Shown: positions 53,208 to 63,240 of the stretch, piece by piece
How positions within the stretch are numbered: the stretch's first letter is position 1
Layout of the letters: the number at the start of each line of letters is the position of its first letter
Assembly: GCA_963709485.1 (NCBI GenBank)
Contig: CAVPWE010000007.1
Span: 78,858-142,857 of the forward strand
DNA from: an uncultured delta proteobacterium
GTDB lineage: Bacteria > Desulfobacterota > Syntrophia > Syntrophales > Fen-1087
Reading direction: 5' to 3'
DNA length: 64,000 bases
Translations under genes and position numbers: made by a program
Notes under the pieces: generated by a model
Database searches by the model: none
Told to the model about the DNA's origin: nothing
The model's input: only the letters and a program-made list of their open reading frames with translations

Positions 53208-54578
53208 ATGAATATCCGGGATCGGATTCGGGCGTTTCTGGCCAGGCAGCTTACACCGGCGAGGACCTTCATTTTCAGCTTTGCCCTGCTGATCCTCATC
53301 GGCGCCGTTCTGCTCTGGCTGCCCTTTGCCGCCGGGAGGGGGTCCATCCGCTTTGTTGATGCGCTCTTTTCCTCGGCATCCGCCGTCTGTGTGACGGGGC
53401 TGGCCGTGGTGGACATCGGCAAAGATCTCTCCTTTGGCGGCCAGATCGTCACCCTTTTTCTGATGCAGATCGGCGGTCTGGGCATCATCACCTTCTCCGT
53501 CGTCTTTTTCGGCCTGATGGGGCGGGGCATTTCCTTCAAAGGCCGCGAGATCGTTCAGTCCACTTTTCTGCACACCCCCCGCAGAGATTTTATTCTCATT
53601 GCCAAATGGGTTCTTCTCTCGACCTTCATTATTGAGGGTGCCGGTGCGCTGCTGCTGTTTTTCCGCTTTCTGCAGGATTTCCCTCCGGAGTTGGCCCTGT
53701 ATCAGGCCCTTTATCATGCCGTCTCCGCCTTCAACAACTGCGGCTACTCCCTGTTCAGCGACAGCCTGGTCGCCTATCAGTCCGACGCGGTGGTCAATCT
53801 GACCGTGTCGCTGCTGATCGTTCTGGGCGGGATCGGCTTCATCGTCGTGTATGAGGTGGTCAACCGTCTGCGCGGCATGAAGCAGAAGCTTTCCATTCAT
53901 ACCCGCATTGTGCTGATAATGACGGCGCTTCTGATTGTCGCCGGCGCTGTCCTGTTTTACTTCTTCGAGAGGAACCACATGCTGAACGGGATGTCCGCCG
54001 GGACCCAGGCGCTCGTGTGCGTTTTTCAGTCGATCACTCCCAGGACGGCGGGATTCAACACCGTGGATATCGGACAGCTGACCAATGCAACGATTCTTGT
54101 CATGATGATCCTCATGTTTATCGGCGCTTCCCCGGGATCGACGGCGGGCGGCATCAAGACCACCAGTTTTGCCCTGCTGCTGCTCATGATCTGGAACCGC
54201 TTCCGGGGCAGCGAGGATGTGAACGTTTACAACCGGACCATGCCGAAGGAGATCCTGACGCGGACCATCGCCATCATCTTCGCCTCGGCTTTTTCCATCT
54301 GCCTGATTACCTCCTTGATCCTTTTTCTGGGTACGGTAGAAAATCTGAATCCGGCCCAAAGCCGTCATTTTTTTGTGGAATACCTTTTCGAAACCATTTC
54401 CGCTTTCGGGACGGTGGGGCTCTCGATGGGCATCACCGCAAAGATGAATGATTTGCAGAAACTGGCCATCATCCTGATGATGTTCGCCGGCCGCGTGGGG
54501 CCCCTGACGCTTGCCTTCTCCTGGCATTCTTCGAAGCGCGGGATCACCTATGCGGAAGAATCGGTGATGGTGGGGTAG
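53208..54578 (+). CDS. trkH: TrkH/KtrB-family potassium uptake membrane subunit
   Basis: The 456-aa polytopic product has repeated selectivity-filter-like segments (QIGGLGIITF, NNCGYSLF, RTAGFNTV, GTVGLSMG). Confidence 0.9.
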   Translation: MNIRDRIRAFLARQLTPARTFIFSFALLILIGAVLLWLPFAAGRGSIRFVDALFSSASAVCVTGLAVVDIGKDLSFGGQIVTLFLMQIGGLGIITFSVVFFGLMGRGISFKGREIVQSTFLHTPRRDFILIAKWVLLSTFIIEGAGALLLFFRFLQDFPPELALYQALYHAVSAFNNCGYSLFSDSLVAYQSDAVVNLTVSLLIVLGGIGFIVVYEVVNRLRGMKQKLSIHTRIVLIMTALLIVAGAVLFYFFERNHMLNGMSAGTQALVCVFQSITPRTAGFNTVDIGQLTNATILVMMILMFIGASPGSTAGGIKTTSFALLLLMIWNRFRGSEDVNVYNRTMPKEILTRTIAIIFASAFSICLITSLILFLGTVENLNPAQSRHFFVEYLFETISAFGTVGLSMGITAKMNDLQKLAIILMMFAGRVGPLTLAFSWHSSKRGITYAEESVMVG

Positions 54579-54648
54579 GTATTGCGCCGGATTACGAACG
54601 TGATTTTCATTACCCGAACGGGGACGGAATAATCAAGGAGCGGGAGCG

Positions 54649-55296
54649 ATGAAACGAGTGATTGTGATCGGAATGGGCATCTTCGGGTTGAATATTGTCA
54701 GGGAGCTTTATGCCGGCGGCTTCGAAGTGATCGCCGTCGACAAAAACAAGGACGCCGTTCAGATTGTCCGGGATTGCTCGACGAAGGCCATTGTCGCCGA
54801 CGGGACGGACAAGGAGATCATGGAACTGATCGGCATCCAGGAGGATGACGTCGTTATCATTTCCTTCGGCGAGGATCTGGCAGCCAGCACGCTGATCACC
54901 CTTCACCTGAAACAGATGAAGGTGAAGACCATCATCGTCAAGGCTCCCAACGAGGAGCACAAGCTGATCCTCGAAAAGGTCGGGGCGACGGACGTCGTTA
55001 TTCCGGAGAAGGAAATTGCCGCCAAGATCGTCAAGAGCCTGGTCTCTCCCAATGTCCTGGATTATCTCCCCCTGTCCGAGGACTATATGATTTTTGAAAT
55101 GGCGCCGCCGACCAGCTTCCTGGGCAAGACCATTGCTGACCTGCAGCTGAGAAACAAGTATCACATCGAGGTCATCGCCGTTCGGGACGTCCTGTCCGAC
55201 CGGGTTCACATGGTTCCCCAGGCCAGTTTCGTGATCAAGGATGGAGAGGTCCTCGTCGTCATCGGCAAGGAGAAGGACATCCGGAAAATCGAATAG
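54649..55296 (+). CDS. trkA: TrkA/KtrA-type potassium uptake regulatory subunit (RCK domain)
   Basis: The 215-aa product has the Rossmann motif VIVIGMGIFGLNIV (TrkA-N) followed by a TrkA-C-like end. The short length suggests the KtrA type. Confidence 0.85.
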   Translation: MKRVIVIGMGIFGLNIVRELYAGGFEVIAVDKNKDAVQIVRDCSTKAIVADGTDKEIMELIGIQEDDVVIISFGEDLAASTLITLHLKQMKVKTIIVKAPNEEHKLILEKVGATDVVIPEKEIAAKIVKSLVSPNVLDYLPLSEDYMIFEMAPPTSFLGKTIADLQLRNKYHIEVIAVRDVLSDRVHMVPQASFVIKDGEVLVVIGKEKDIRKIE

Positions 55297-55306
55297 GACC
55301 GATTGT

Positions 55307-56821
55307 TCAAGCGTAAACTTTTTTGACCTCAGCCCGGTCAATGGCGCCTCCGGCCTTTTTGGGAAGGCTCGCGACGAAGACCACGTGCCTCGGTTTCTTG
55401 TAGCGGGCGATCCTCGCAGCCACGAAGCGGGTCAATTCTTCGGCACGGACGGCATGCCCTTTTTTAAGGACACAGACGGCCTTGACGGCTTCCCCCCACT
55501 CCGGGTCGGGGACGCCGATGACGCAGACATCTTCGATGGAGCCGTGGCTGAGAATGACCTTCTCCACCTCCGCCGGGTATACATTTTCACCGCCGGTCTT
55601 GATCAGTTCCTTTTCCGGCTTCCTTCCGGCATACCATAGGAACCCCTCTGCGTCCCTGCGGCCCAGATCGCCCGTGTGGTGCCAGCCGTTGCGTCGGGTG
55701 TAATCCGTGTCTTCGGCCAGGTTCCAGTAGCCCTGGAAAACGGCGGGAGAGCGGACGCAGATCTCACCCGTCGCCCCCGGCGGGACCTCCCGGTCCAGAT
55801 CGTCGAAAAGGGCCACGCGCGTCAGGAGTGCCGGAAGTCCGATACTGCCTTGCCGCTCTGCGTGGTCACCTCCGGAAACCGGCATTGCCTCCGTCTGTCC
55901 ATAGATGCTGTAAAATGATGCCTGCGGGTTCTGCTTCAGAAAACCTTCGATGGTTTCGGGGCGGTCCATGCCGGCGACAATTCTCAAGCTCGCCGTGTCG
56001 CAGGACTCTTTTCCCTGAACGTCCAGGATCGACGCCAGCATCGGGGGAAAGGCAACAAAAAAAGTGCCCCGCTCCCTTTCGATAAGCTTCAGAACGGTCG
56101 AGGGATCGAAGCGGTCCACGATCACGGTTTTTCCGCCCTGGTGCAGGGTCGCAAAGGTCATGGAAAGACCGCCGATGTGGAACAGGGGCAGGATGCAGAT
56201 GTGCGCATCCCGGCTGCCGAGTTTCAGCAGATTCGCGATCTGCAAGCCGGCGGCCACCAGGTTGTTCTGACTGAGGATCGATCCCCTCGGCTTGCCGCCG
56301 GTGGCTGCCGTATGGATGATCAGAAAGGGGGAATGGCCGGACGCGGCGCCAACCTCTTCGCATCCGCCATCACAGCGCAGCGATTCGAAGGGAAGAAATT
56401 CACCTTCCCGGTCGTGCGTCCCGAACACGAAGTGTTTCGTTACGGAGTGCACCATCTTCGCGGCTTGACTGGCCGCATCCGTATTTTCTCTGCTGCTGAA
56501 CAGGAGCTTCGGCGTCGTGTCCTGCAGGATATATGCAACCTCCTCTCCGCCCAGACGCCAGTTTACGGGGACCACGATGGCGCCGAGTTTCGCCGCCGCT
56601 CCGAGGAGGACCAGAAAGTCGTCTCCGCTGCCCGCGGCGACGGCAATCCGGTCGCCCGTCGTCAGCCCTTCATGGGTAAGGCCGGCGGCATACTGGTCGC
56701 AGAGTTTCCGATAGGAAGCGAAGGTTGTCCGCCTCTCGCCGCAGACGATCGCGTCCCTGTCCGGGTACAGTGAGGCGTTGCCGGCAATCATGTCGTAAAT
56801 GGTAAAATCGCTGCAGTTCAT
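55307..56821 (-). CDS. AMP-forming acyl-CoA synthetase / fatty-acid-CoA ligase family
   Basis: The ORF track gives 55307..56917. I chose the ATG at 56821, which follows a GGAGA RBS (MNCSDFTIYDMI...). The AMP-binding signature is IIHTAATGGKPRG, followed later by GWHHTGDLG and GGENVYPAEVE. Confidence 0.85.
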   Translation of the reverse strand: MNCSDFTIYDMIAGNASLYPDRDAIVCGERRTTFASYRKLCDQYAAGLTHEGLTTGDRIAVAAGSGDDFLVLLGAAAKLGAIVVPVNWRLGGEEVAYILQDTTPKLLFSSRENTDAASQAAKMVHSVTKHFVFGTHDREGEFLPFESLRCDGGCEEVGAASGHSPFLIIHTAATGGKPRGSILSQNNLVAAGLQIANLLKLGSRDAHICILPLFHIGGLSMTFATLHQGGKTVIVDRFDPSTVLKLIERERGTFFVAFPPMLASILDVQGKESCDTASLRIVAGMDRPETIEGFLKQNPQASFYSIYGQTEAMPVSGGDHAERQGSIGLPALLTRVALFDDLDREVPPGATGEICVRSPAVFQGYWNLAEDTDYTRRNGWHHTGDLGRRDAEGFLWYAGRKPEKELIKTGGENVYPAEVEKVILSHGSIEDVCVIGVPDPEWGEAVKAVCVLKKGHAVRAEELTRFVAARIARYKKPRHVVFVASLPKKAGGAIDRAEVKKVYA

Positions 56822-56894
56822 GGGTGTCTCCATCGGGTTTCGTTGCGGCCGGCGCAGGCCCCTCGCCGCCGGGCCGGGATGGCTGCCGCGGCGT

Positions 56895-58988
56895 TCAGGA
56901 CAGGATGATCGTAGCATCCACCGCGACGGCCCCCGCCGGACCGACCATCAGCGGGTTGATGTCGATTTCCCGAATCCGGGGACAGGCCAGGCCGATGTCT
57001 CCCAGTGCCGCGAGCATTCGGGCAATCTCATCCCGGTCCACCGGAGGGCTGCCCCTGAAACCGTTCAGCAGCTTCTGCCCCCGAAGGCGGCCAATCAGCG
57101 CCAGCGCCTCTTCATGGCCCAAGGGGGCCATGGCGAAAGCCGCATCATCGAAAACCTCGGCCATGACGCCTCCCAGACCGATCATGACGCACGGGCCGAA
57201 CTGGGGATCCCGCAACAGTCCCAGGATCAGTTCGACGTGGCCCTGCACCTGTTTCTGGATCAGCACCCGCCCCTTGCCGTTCATTTTTGTCATCAGCGTT
57301 TTGAAGGTCCTGGCTGCCGCCGCCTTGTTCGCAATACCCAGATGCACCAGTCCCAGCTCCGTTTTGTGAATGCCGCCGGCATGGATTCCCTTCTGCACCA
57401 CTGGAAATCCGATCCGCGCCGCCGCCTTGACGCACGCCCCCTGACCGGCCGTGATCTCTTCTTCAACGGTCGGTATGCCGCATATCTTCAGGATCTGCTT
57501 TGATGCATATTCGTCCAGCGGGCCTGAGATCCCTTCGAGGTGTTGCTGCAATGCGGAAGCCGTTGTGGATGTCCCATCCGGATTTCGAATGGAGAGCTCC
57601 GGCGCAGGCTGTTTTTTCCGGTGCATGACGGCAGCGAGGCATTCCACGGCCCGGTAGAGTTCCTGGAACATCGGGATGCCCTGTTCACGGGCGGCGATCT
57701 GGGTTTGCAGGGCTTCCTCCCGGCGGCCCAGAAGCCAGACGAAAACCGGTTTGCCGGCGGCCCGCGACTGTTTGGCAATGTCCGCGAGGTTCACCTTGAT
57801 CCGGAAATTTCCGACAAAGATATGCAGAAGGACGGCATTGACACCGGGGTCGTCCAGAACCGCCCGCAGCGCCTCACTGTAGATGTTCACGTCGGTGGCG
57901 GCATGTTTTTCCATGGCCGGCCAGAGGTCGACGGGGTTCGCGACCGGCATCCAGTCCGGGAAGAGGCCCTGAAGATTTTTTTTCGTTGCATCGGAAAGCT
58001 CAGCCGCCGTGAGGTCCATCTGCTCGAGAAAGTCGGACGAGACGATCCCGGCCCCGCCGCTGAAGGTCAGGATCGCGATGCGGTCTTTTGCCTCCGCCGA
58101 TTTTTCGGGGCAGATTGCAAGTGAACGGCAGAGGTCCATCATCTGCTTGAAGTCGCAGGCTTCAACGACACCGGCCTGGGCCAGGACATCGGCGATGATG
58201 CGCTGGTTCCCCGCCAGGCTGGCGGTATGGCTCATGGCCGCCTGCGCGCCTTTCTCGCTCTTGCCGCCTTTCAGGACGACAATGGGCTTCGGGCTTTTCC
58301 GGCACAAATCGATCAGGCGCCGGCCTTCCGGGATCGATTCCAGATAGAGCCCGATCACGGCGGTATCGGGATCCGCCATCAGCCAGGGCAGGATATCGCA
58401 CTCGTTCACATCGATCTTGTTACCCACGGAGCAGACCTTGCTGATGCCCATGATGCCATTCGTCATGATGTCCACCAGAAAGCCGGCCGAGAGCATTCCG
58501 CTCTGAACGACCAGGGACACATTCCCCGGAACAAATCCCGACTGCAGGGCCCTGGGGTCGAGGAAGGAGAACGCATGGCCCCGCACGGCATCGACCAGCC
58601 CCATGCAGTTCGGTCCCCAGAGCCGGATGCCCGCCTTTTTCGCCATGTCGACGATGGCCTGCTGCAGGATCCGGCCTTCGGGACCGGTTTCGGCAAAGCC
58701 GCCCGATTCGATCATCACACCGGGAACGCCCTTGCGGATGCAGTCCTCGATCGCTTCCGGCACGGCTTTTGCGGGCACAAAGACGACGGCCAGATCCACC
58801 GGGTCCGGAATGGCGCTCACGGCCGGGAAGCAGGGAATCCCCTCGATTTCATCATAGCGGGGGTTGACCGGGCAGATCCGCCCTCTGTAGCCGGTGATCA
58901 GGTTTTTCAGGATCGAGAATCCCCCCTTGAAGGGGTTCGGGGTTGCCCCCACCACGGCAATCGCTTTCGGATTGAAGAAGAAGTCCAT
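56895..58988 (-). CDS. ADP-forming acyl-CoA synthetase (acetate-CoA ligase family; CoA-binding + ATP-grasp)
   Basis: The 697-aa product has an N-terminal CoA-binding region (FFNPKAIAVVGATPNPFKGG), an SCS-alpha-like middle with the phosphohistidine-loop-like AMSHTASLAG, and an ATP-grasp C-terminal part. Confidence 0.85.
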   Translation of the reverse strand: MDFFFNPKAIAVVGATPNPFKGGFSILKNLITGYRGRICPVNPRYDEIEGIPCFPAVSAIPDPVDLAVVFVPAKAVPEAIEDCIRKGVPGVMIESGGFAETGPEGRILQQAIVDMAKKAGIRLWGPNCMGLVDAVRGHAFSFLDPRALQSGFVPGNVSLVVQSGMLSAGFLVDIMTNGIMGISKVCSVGNKIDVNECDILPWLMADPDTAVIGLYLESIPEGRRLIDLCRKSPKPIVVLKGGKSEKGAQAAMSHTASLAGNQRIIADVLAQAGVVEACDFKQMMDLCRSLAICPEKSAEAKDRIAILTFSGGAGIVSSDFLEQMDLTAAELSDATKKNLQGLFPDWMPVANPVDLWPAMEKHAATDVNIYSEALRAVLDDPGVNAVLLHIFVGNFRIKVNLADIAKQSRAAGKPVFVWLLGRREEALQTQIAAREQGIPMFQELYRAVECLAAVMHRKKQPAPELSIRNPDGTSTTASALQQHLEGISGPLDEYASKQILKICGIPTVEEEITAGQGACVKAAARIGFPVVQKGIHAGGIHKTELGLVHLGIANKAAAARTFKTLMTKMNGKGRVLIQKQVQGHVELILGLLRDPQFGPCVMIGLGGVMAEVFDDAAFAMAPLGHEEALALIGRLRGQKLLNGFRGSPPVDRDEIARMLAALGDIGLACPRIREIDINPLMVGPAGAVAVDATIILS

Positions 58989-59055
58989 CGGCGCTCCTTT
59001 GGGATCGCGGGAAACCTAACACAGGGACAATTGCGAGATCAAGCCCCGATTGCCG

Positions 59056-60357
59056 TCATTTCATGAGTGAGGGCAGATAGGTCGCGATCTGCGGGAAAAG
59101 GATCAGCAGGACAGCCGTGACCAGCAGGGCCATCAGCAGATGCGTTGCGCCCCTGAAGATGACCTGAAGGGGGACGTCCCTCGCGACGCCGGCCACGACA
59201 TAGACGTTGATGCCGACCGGCGGCGTGATCACCCCCATGCCCGTGACCAAGACGATGATCACGCCGAACCAGATCGGGTCATAGCCCAGCGCGGTCACCA
59301 CGGGAAAGAATATGGGAATGGTGAGCATGATCATGGCCAGCGAGTCCATCAGGCAGCCGAGAACGAGGTAGACCAGGATAATCAGTCCGATGATGACGGG
59401 CGGCGGCAGGGAGAGCGAGGCGACCCATGCGCCGGCGTTGGCCGGAATGCCGGTCACGGCCAGGAAATGCCCGAAGACGGTGGCGCCGGCGACGATGACG
59501 AAGATCATGCAGGTGACCCGGGTGGTTTCATCCAGGGAGCGGATGAAGCCGCGCCAGGAGAGATTGCGTCCGACCAGCGCGATCAGCAGCGTTCCGAAAG
59601 CGCCGATGGCCGCCGCTTCCGTGGGTGTGAAAAAGCCCACGAACAGACCCCCCATGACCATGAAGAAGAGGATGAAGGTTTCGATGACGCCCGTAAGGGA
59701 CGCCAGTTTTTCCTTCCATGTCGCTTTCGGCGCCTTTTCACAGATCTCCGGCTGGAGCTTTGTCCAGATCAGGATCGTCAAGATAAAGAGCAGGGTCAGG
59801 AGGATGCCGGGCAGGACGCCCGCCATGAAGAGCTTGCCGACGGACTGCTCGGTCATGATGCCGTAGATGATGAAGATCGTGCTGGGCGGGATGAGGATGC
59901 CCAGGCCACCCCCGGCGGCGACGACGCCCGTGGCCAGCGCCGGGTCGTAGTTGTATTTCTTCATTTCCGGCAGCGCCACGGCGGCCATCGTCGCCGCCGT
60001 GGCGCTGGTGGAGCCGCAGATGGCGGAAAACCCGGCGCAGGCCCCGATGGTGGCGATGGCCAGGCCGCCGGGAAGGTGCCCCAGAAACTTGTGGGCCGTG
60101 TGGAAAAGCCGGCCGCTCATGCCGGAATGATGGGCCACCTGACCCATGAAGACGAACAGCGGGATGACGGTCAGGTTGTAGGAGCTGAACACCGAGAAAA
60201 AATCGCGGGCAATCAGGCTCAAGGAAGCATCCCAGGAGACAAGCAGGCCGAAGCCGGCGAAGCCCACAAGGGCCATGACGAAGCCCACCGGGATCTTGAG
60301 GAACATGAGTCCCACGAGGACGACGAAGCTCAAAAGGCCCAACACGGTCGGCGTCAC
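59056..60357 (-). CDS. dctM: TRAP transporter large permease
   Basis: The 433-aa polytopic product has DctM-family length and pattern. Its start overlaps the dctQ stop. Confidence 0.9.
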   Translation of the reverse strand: MTPTVLGLLSFVVLVGLMFLKIPVGFVMALVGFAGFGLLVSWDASLSLIARDFFSVFSSYNLTVIPLFVFMGQVAHHSGMSGRLFHTAHKFLGHLPGGLAIATIGACAGFSAICGSTSATAATMAAVALPEMKKYNYDPALATGVVAAGGGLGILIPPSTIFIIYGIMTEQSVGKLFMAGVLPGILLTLLFILTILIWTKLQPEICEKAPKATWKEKLASLTGVIETFILFFMVMGGLFVGFFTPTEAAAIGAFGTLLIALVGRNLSWRGFIRSLDETTRVTCMIFVIVAGATVFGHFLAVTGIPANAGAWVASLSLPPPVIIGLIILVYLVLGCLMDSLAMIMLTIPIFFPVVTALGYDPIWFGVIIVLVTGMGVITPPVGINVYVVAGVARDVPLQVIFRGATHLLMALLVTAVLLILFPQIATYLPSLMK

Positions 60358-60839
60358 GATGCCAGTCCCCTTTGGAAAGATTTGATGAAATCGACCAGCA
60401 GCACCAGCGCCAGCATACCGCAGCCGAAGGCAATGCCGTAGACGATCGGATAGAGGGGCATCTGGAGCGTCAGGGACACCTCGCCGCTCTGGCGAAGATC
60501 GGCGGCGTAAACCGTGCTCTGCCAGGCAATCATACCGAAGAGCGCTGCGCCGGTCAGATTGCCCGCGCTGTCAACCAGGCGCTGCGCCCGCGGCGGAAGC
60601 TTTTCATAAAGCATTTCCACCGCGACATGGCCGCGCTGCAGCGAGGTGTAGGCCATGGCGAAAGCGATGATAACGGCGCCCAGCAATCCCACCATCTCAT
60701 AGGTGCCCGGGATGGGTGTGCCCAGTATCCTCAGGACCACATCGGCGCAGGACAGCAGCATCATAACGATGATGGCCGCACAGGCGACATAATTGAACCA
60801 GCTGCTCGCTGCCGCAATGACCCGTTCTATGCGCTGCAT
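60354..60839 (-). CDS. dctQ: TRAP transporter small permease
   Basis: The 161-aa product has four hydrophobic spans and sits between dctP and dctM. Confidence 0.8.
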   Translation of the reverse strand: MQRIERVIAAASSWFNYVACAAIIVMMLLSCADVVLRILGTPIPGTYEMVGLLGAVIIAFAMAYTSLQRGHVAVEMLYEKLPPRAQRLVDSAGNLTGAALFGMIAWQSTVYAADLRQSGEVSLTLQMPLYPIVYGIAFGCGMLALVLLVDFIKSFQRGLAS

Positions 60840-60867
60840 GTATCCGTGCTTCTCCGGAGGGACTGCT

Positions 60868-61902
60868 TCACTTATACATTTTCCCGTATTTTCCGATCAG
60901 ACTTTCCGCTTCTTTCACCGCCTGCTGTCCGGGCAGACCCTTGGCGTTTGCCGTCTTGGCGTATTCGCTGATGATCGGGCTGACGGCCTTTTTCCAGCGG
61001 CTGTTTTCATCTTTGGAGAGGGGGATGATCTTGTTTCCCAGGCTGAGCGAATACTGGCGGCCTTCCTGGTCCACTTGGTCCCAGGCCTTTCCGTGCACGT
61101 CGATCCACCGGCCGCTGACCTCCTCGAAGATGTTCTGAATGTCTTTGGGAAGTGCGTTCCATTTCTTCAGGTTCATGACCACGAACATGGCCGTCGTATA
61201 GCCGATTCCGGATGTGTCGGTCGTGTTCTTGATCACTTCGGCCTGTTTCCAGCCTTTCAGGACTTCGATGGGCCCGAAGGTGCCTTCCACGACGCCTTTC
61301 TGCAGGGCCTCGTAGGTTCCGCCCTGCGGCATGGCGACAGGGACGGCGCCCAGCGTTTCCACGACCTTCGCACTGAGACCGGTGGAACGGATCTTCATGC
61401 CCTTCAAATCCTGCAGGGAGCGAACCGGCTTGATCGTGTGGAGAAGTCCGGGCCCGTGGGCATGAATGTAGAGGACCTTCACCCCGTCCAATTCTTTTGG
61501 CTTGAATTTTTTATAGAAATCGTTGGCAACGCGGGTTGCCGTGCGGCCGTTTGGATAACCCAGCGGGAGATCCAGGACCTCCATAACCGGAAATCGACCC
61601 CGGGTATAGGCGAAGCAGGACATGCCGAGATCGGAGATTCCCTTCAGCACGCCATCATATGTCTGATCGGCCTGCGTCAGGGTTCCACCCGAGAAAACGT
61701 TGATTTTGATCCGTCCGCCCGTTGTCTTTTCGATTTCCTCGGCCCAGGCGACAGCGGCCTTGCTCTGTCCGTGGGTGGGCGGGAAAAATACGCTGTAGGT
61801 CAGATTGGTCGCCGCGGCCGCAGCGTTCGTCGCACCTGCGACGATGCAACCGGCCATGACGATCACAGCCGCCAGCATTGCATACAACAAGTTTCTTTTC
61901 AT
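60868..61902 (-). CDS. dctP: TRAP transporter substrate-binding protein (DctP family)
   Basis: The 344-aa product has a signal peptide with a Cys (VMAGC) and a DctP-like body. It is the first gene of the minus-strand operon. Confidence 0.85.
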   Translation of the reverse strand: MKRNLLYAMLAAVIVMAGCIVAGATNAAAAATNLTYSVFFPPTHGQSKAAVAWAEEIEKTTGGRIKINVFSGGTLTQADQTYDGVLKGISDLGMSCFAYTRGRFPVMEVLDLPLGYPNGRTATRVANDFYKKFKPKELDGVKVLYIHAHGPGLLHTIKPVRSLQDLKGMKIRSTGLSAKVVETLGAVPVAMPQGGTYEALQKGVVEGTFGPIEVLKGWKQAEVIKNTTDTSGIGYTTAMFVVMNLKKWNALPKDIQNIFEEVSGRWIDVHGKAWDQVDQEGRQYSLSLGNKIIPLSKDENSRWKKAVSPIISEYAKTANAKGLPGQQAVKEAESLIGKYGKMYK

Positions 61903-62290
61903 GTCTCCCTCCTTTAAAAGTTTATTGCAGTGCCGTCAGTGATATGCTTCACGAAACCGGCCTGTCCGTCTCGCCGAAGAAATGAGACAGGCAGGAATAA
62001 ACGGTATTACTTTTCCGGAAAATGTTTATAAAGAATGATTGACCACATCAAGCATGGCTCCGGCCAAAAAACAACTTTTCAAGACGATAGAAAAATGGGA
62101 CGAAAAGGGTATCATCGGAGTGGCCTGCTTACCCGTTCGAGAAACGGGCAGCAGGCATCAATACATATAGGTATGAATGCGGCGAGAGACGAATTTAACG
62201 CAATGCATGATTGACCGTTTCATTAGGATGCCTTCAAGCGTTCGTCTTTACTATTTTATTTAAGAAAACCTGTCAAGTGAATTTTGATCG

Positions 62291-62590
62291 TTAACCCTGC
62301 GGACGGGTTGATTCCTTCACCCGGTCCAGCTCGTCCCTGTACTGCTCGGCTTGAGCCCTGATCATCTCGATTTCTTCCCGGGCTTTTTCCAGCTTTTCAT
62401 CCTGCCTCTGACGTTCTTCCCGCATCTTGTCCTGGATATCGTCAAAGCCTACATAGATCGCCAGAATGCCGCCTAAAAGGAGAGCAAGCGGCAGGCCGCC
62501 CTTAAGAATAATAAAGAAGTCTTTCCACCAGGCCAGTAAACCGACAAGGCCGAGGACTGCGGATACTGCACCGGCAATGAGCAACGACAT
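62291..62590 (-). CDS. Small membrane protein with charged coiled-coil tail
   Basis: The 99-aa product has two hydrophobic spans followed by DKMREERQRQDEKLEKAREEIEMIRAQAEQYRDELDRV. No family recognised. Confidence 0.5.
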   Translation of the reverse strand: MSLLIAGAVSAVLGLVGLLAWWKDFFIILKGGLPLALLLGGILAIYVGFDDIQDKMREERQRQDEKLEKAREEIEMIRAQAEQYRDELDRVKESTRPQG

Positions 62591-62862
62591 AATCAGGCCT
62601 CCTTGACGATTAAGGATCGATTCATTCGCATGAAGCGCAGGGAAATATGTTGAGATTATTATGCTTTCATGCTTTTCTTAAATAGTACCACAAAAGAATA
62701 AGGGGGGCAAGATCAAATGAGGAGAGGGATGCTTAAATGATGGTTCTCGATATGTCCATGAAATACAAATAAAGCTTGATAAAAATAAATTCTTAAATTA
62801 GCATACGCCGCTGAACGGTTTTAACCGGTAAAACATAACGTAATAAAAAAGGAATTCATGAG

Positions 62863-63240
62863 ATGGCAGAACCTGATTTCGACAAGGGGAAGGGTCTCGT
62901 GCCCGCCATTGTCCAGGATTACCAGACCGGTGAAGTGCTGATGCTGGCATACATGAACCGTGATTCCTGGCTCAAGACGCTGGAGACGGGGAGGGCAGCG
63001 TTCTGGAGCCGGTCGCGGAACGCCTTGTGGATCAAGGGTGAAACATCAGGCCATGCTCAGATCGTTCGAGAGATCCTGATCGATTGCGATGCGGATGCCA
63101 TTCTCGTCAAAGTGGAGCAGTTGGGCGGGGCAGCCTGTCATACCGGATACAGATCCTGCTTTTACCGAAGGCTGGATCGCGGCACGGTCGAAGTCGTGGG
63201 TCAGAAATTATTCAATCCGGAGGATGTTTACAAAAAATGA
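62863..63240 (+). CDS. hisI: Phosphoribosyl-AMP cyclohydrolase
   Basis: The 125-aa product matches in LVPAIVQD...[17 protein letters not shown]...[26 protein letters not shown]. Confidence 0.9.
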   Translation: MAEPDFDKGKGLVPAIVQDYQTGEVLMLAYMNRDSWLKTLETGRAAFWSRSRNALWIKGETSGHAQIVREILIDCDADAILVKVEQLGGAACHTGYRSCFYRRLDRGTVEVVGQKLFNPEDVYKK

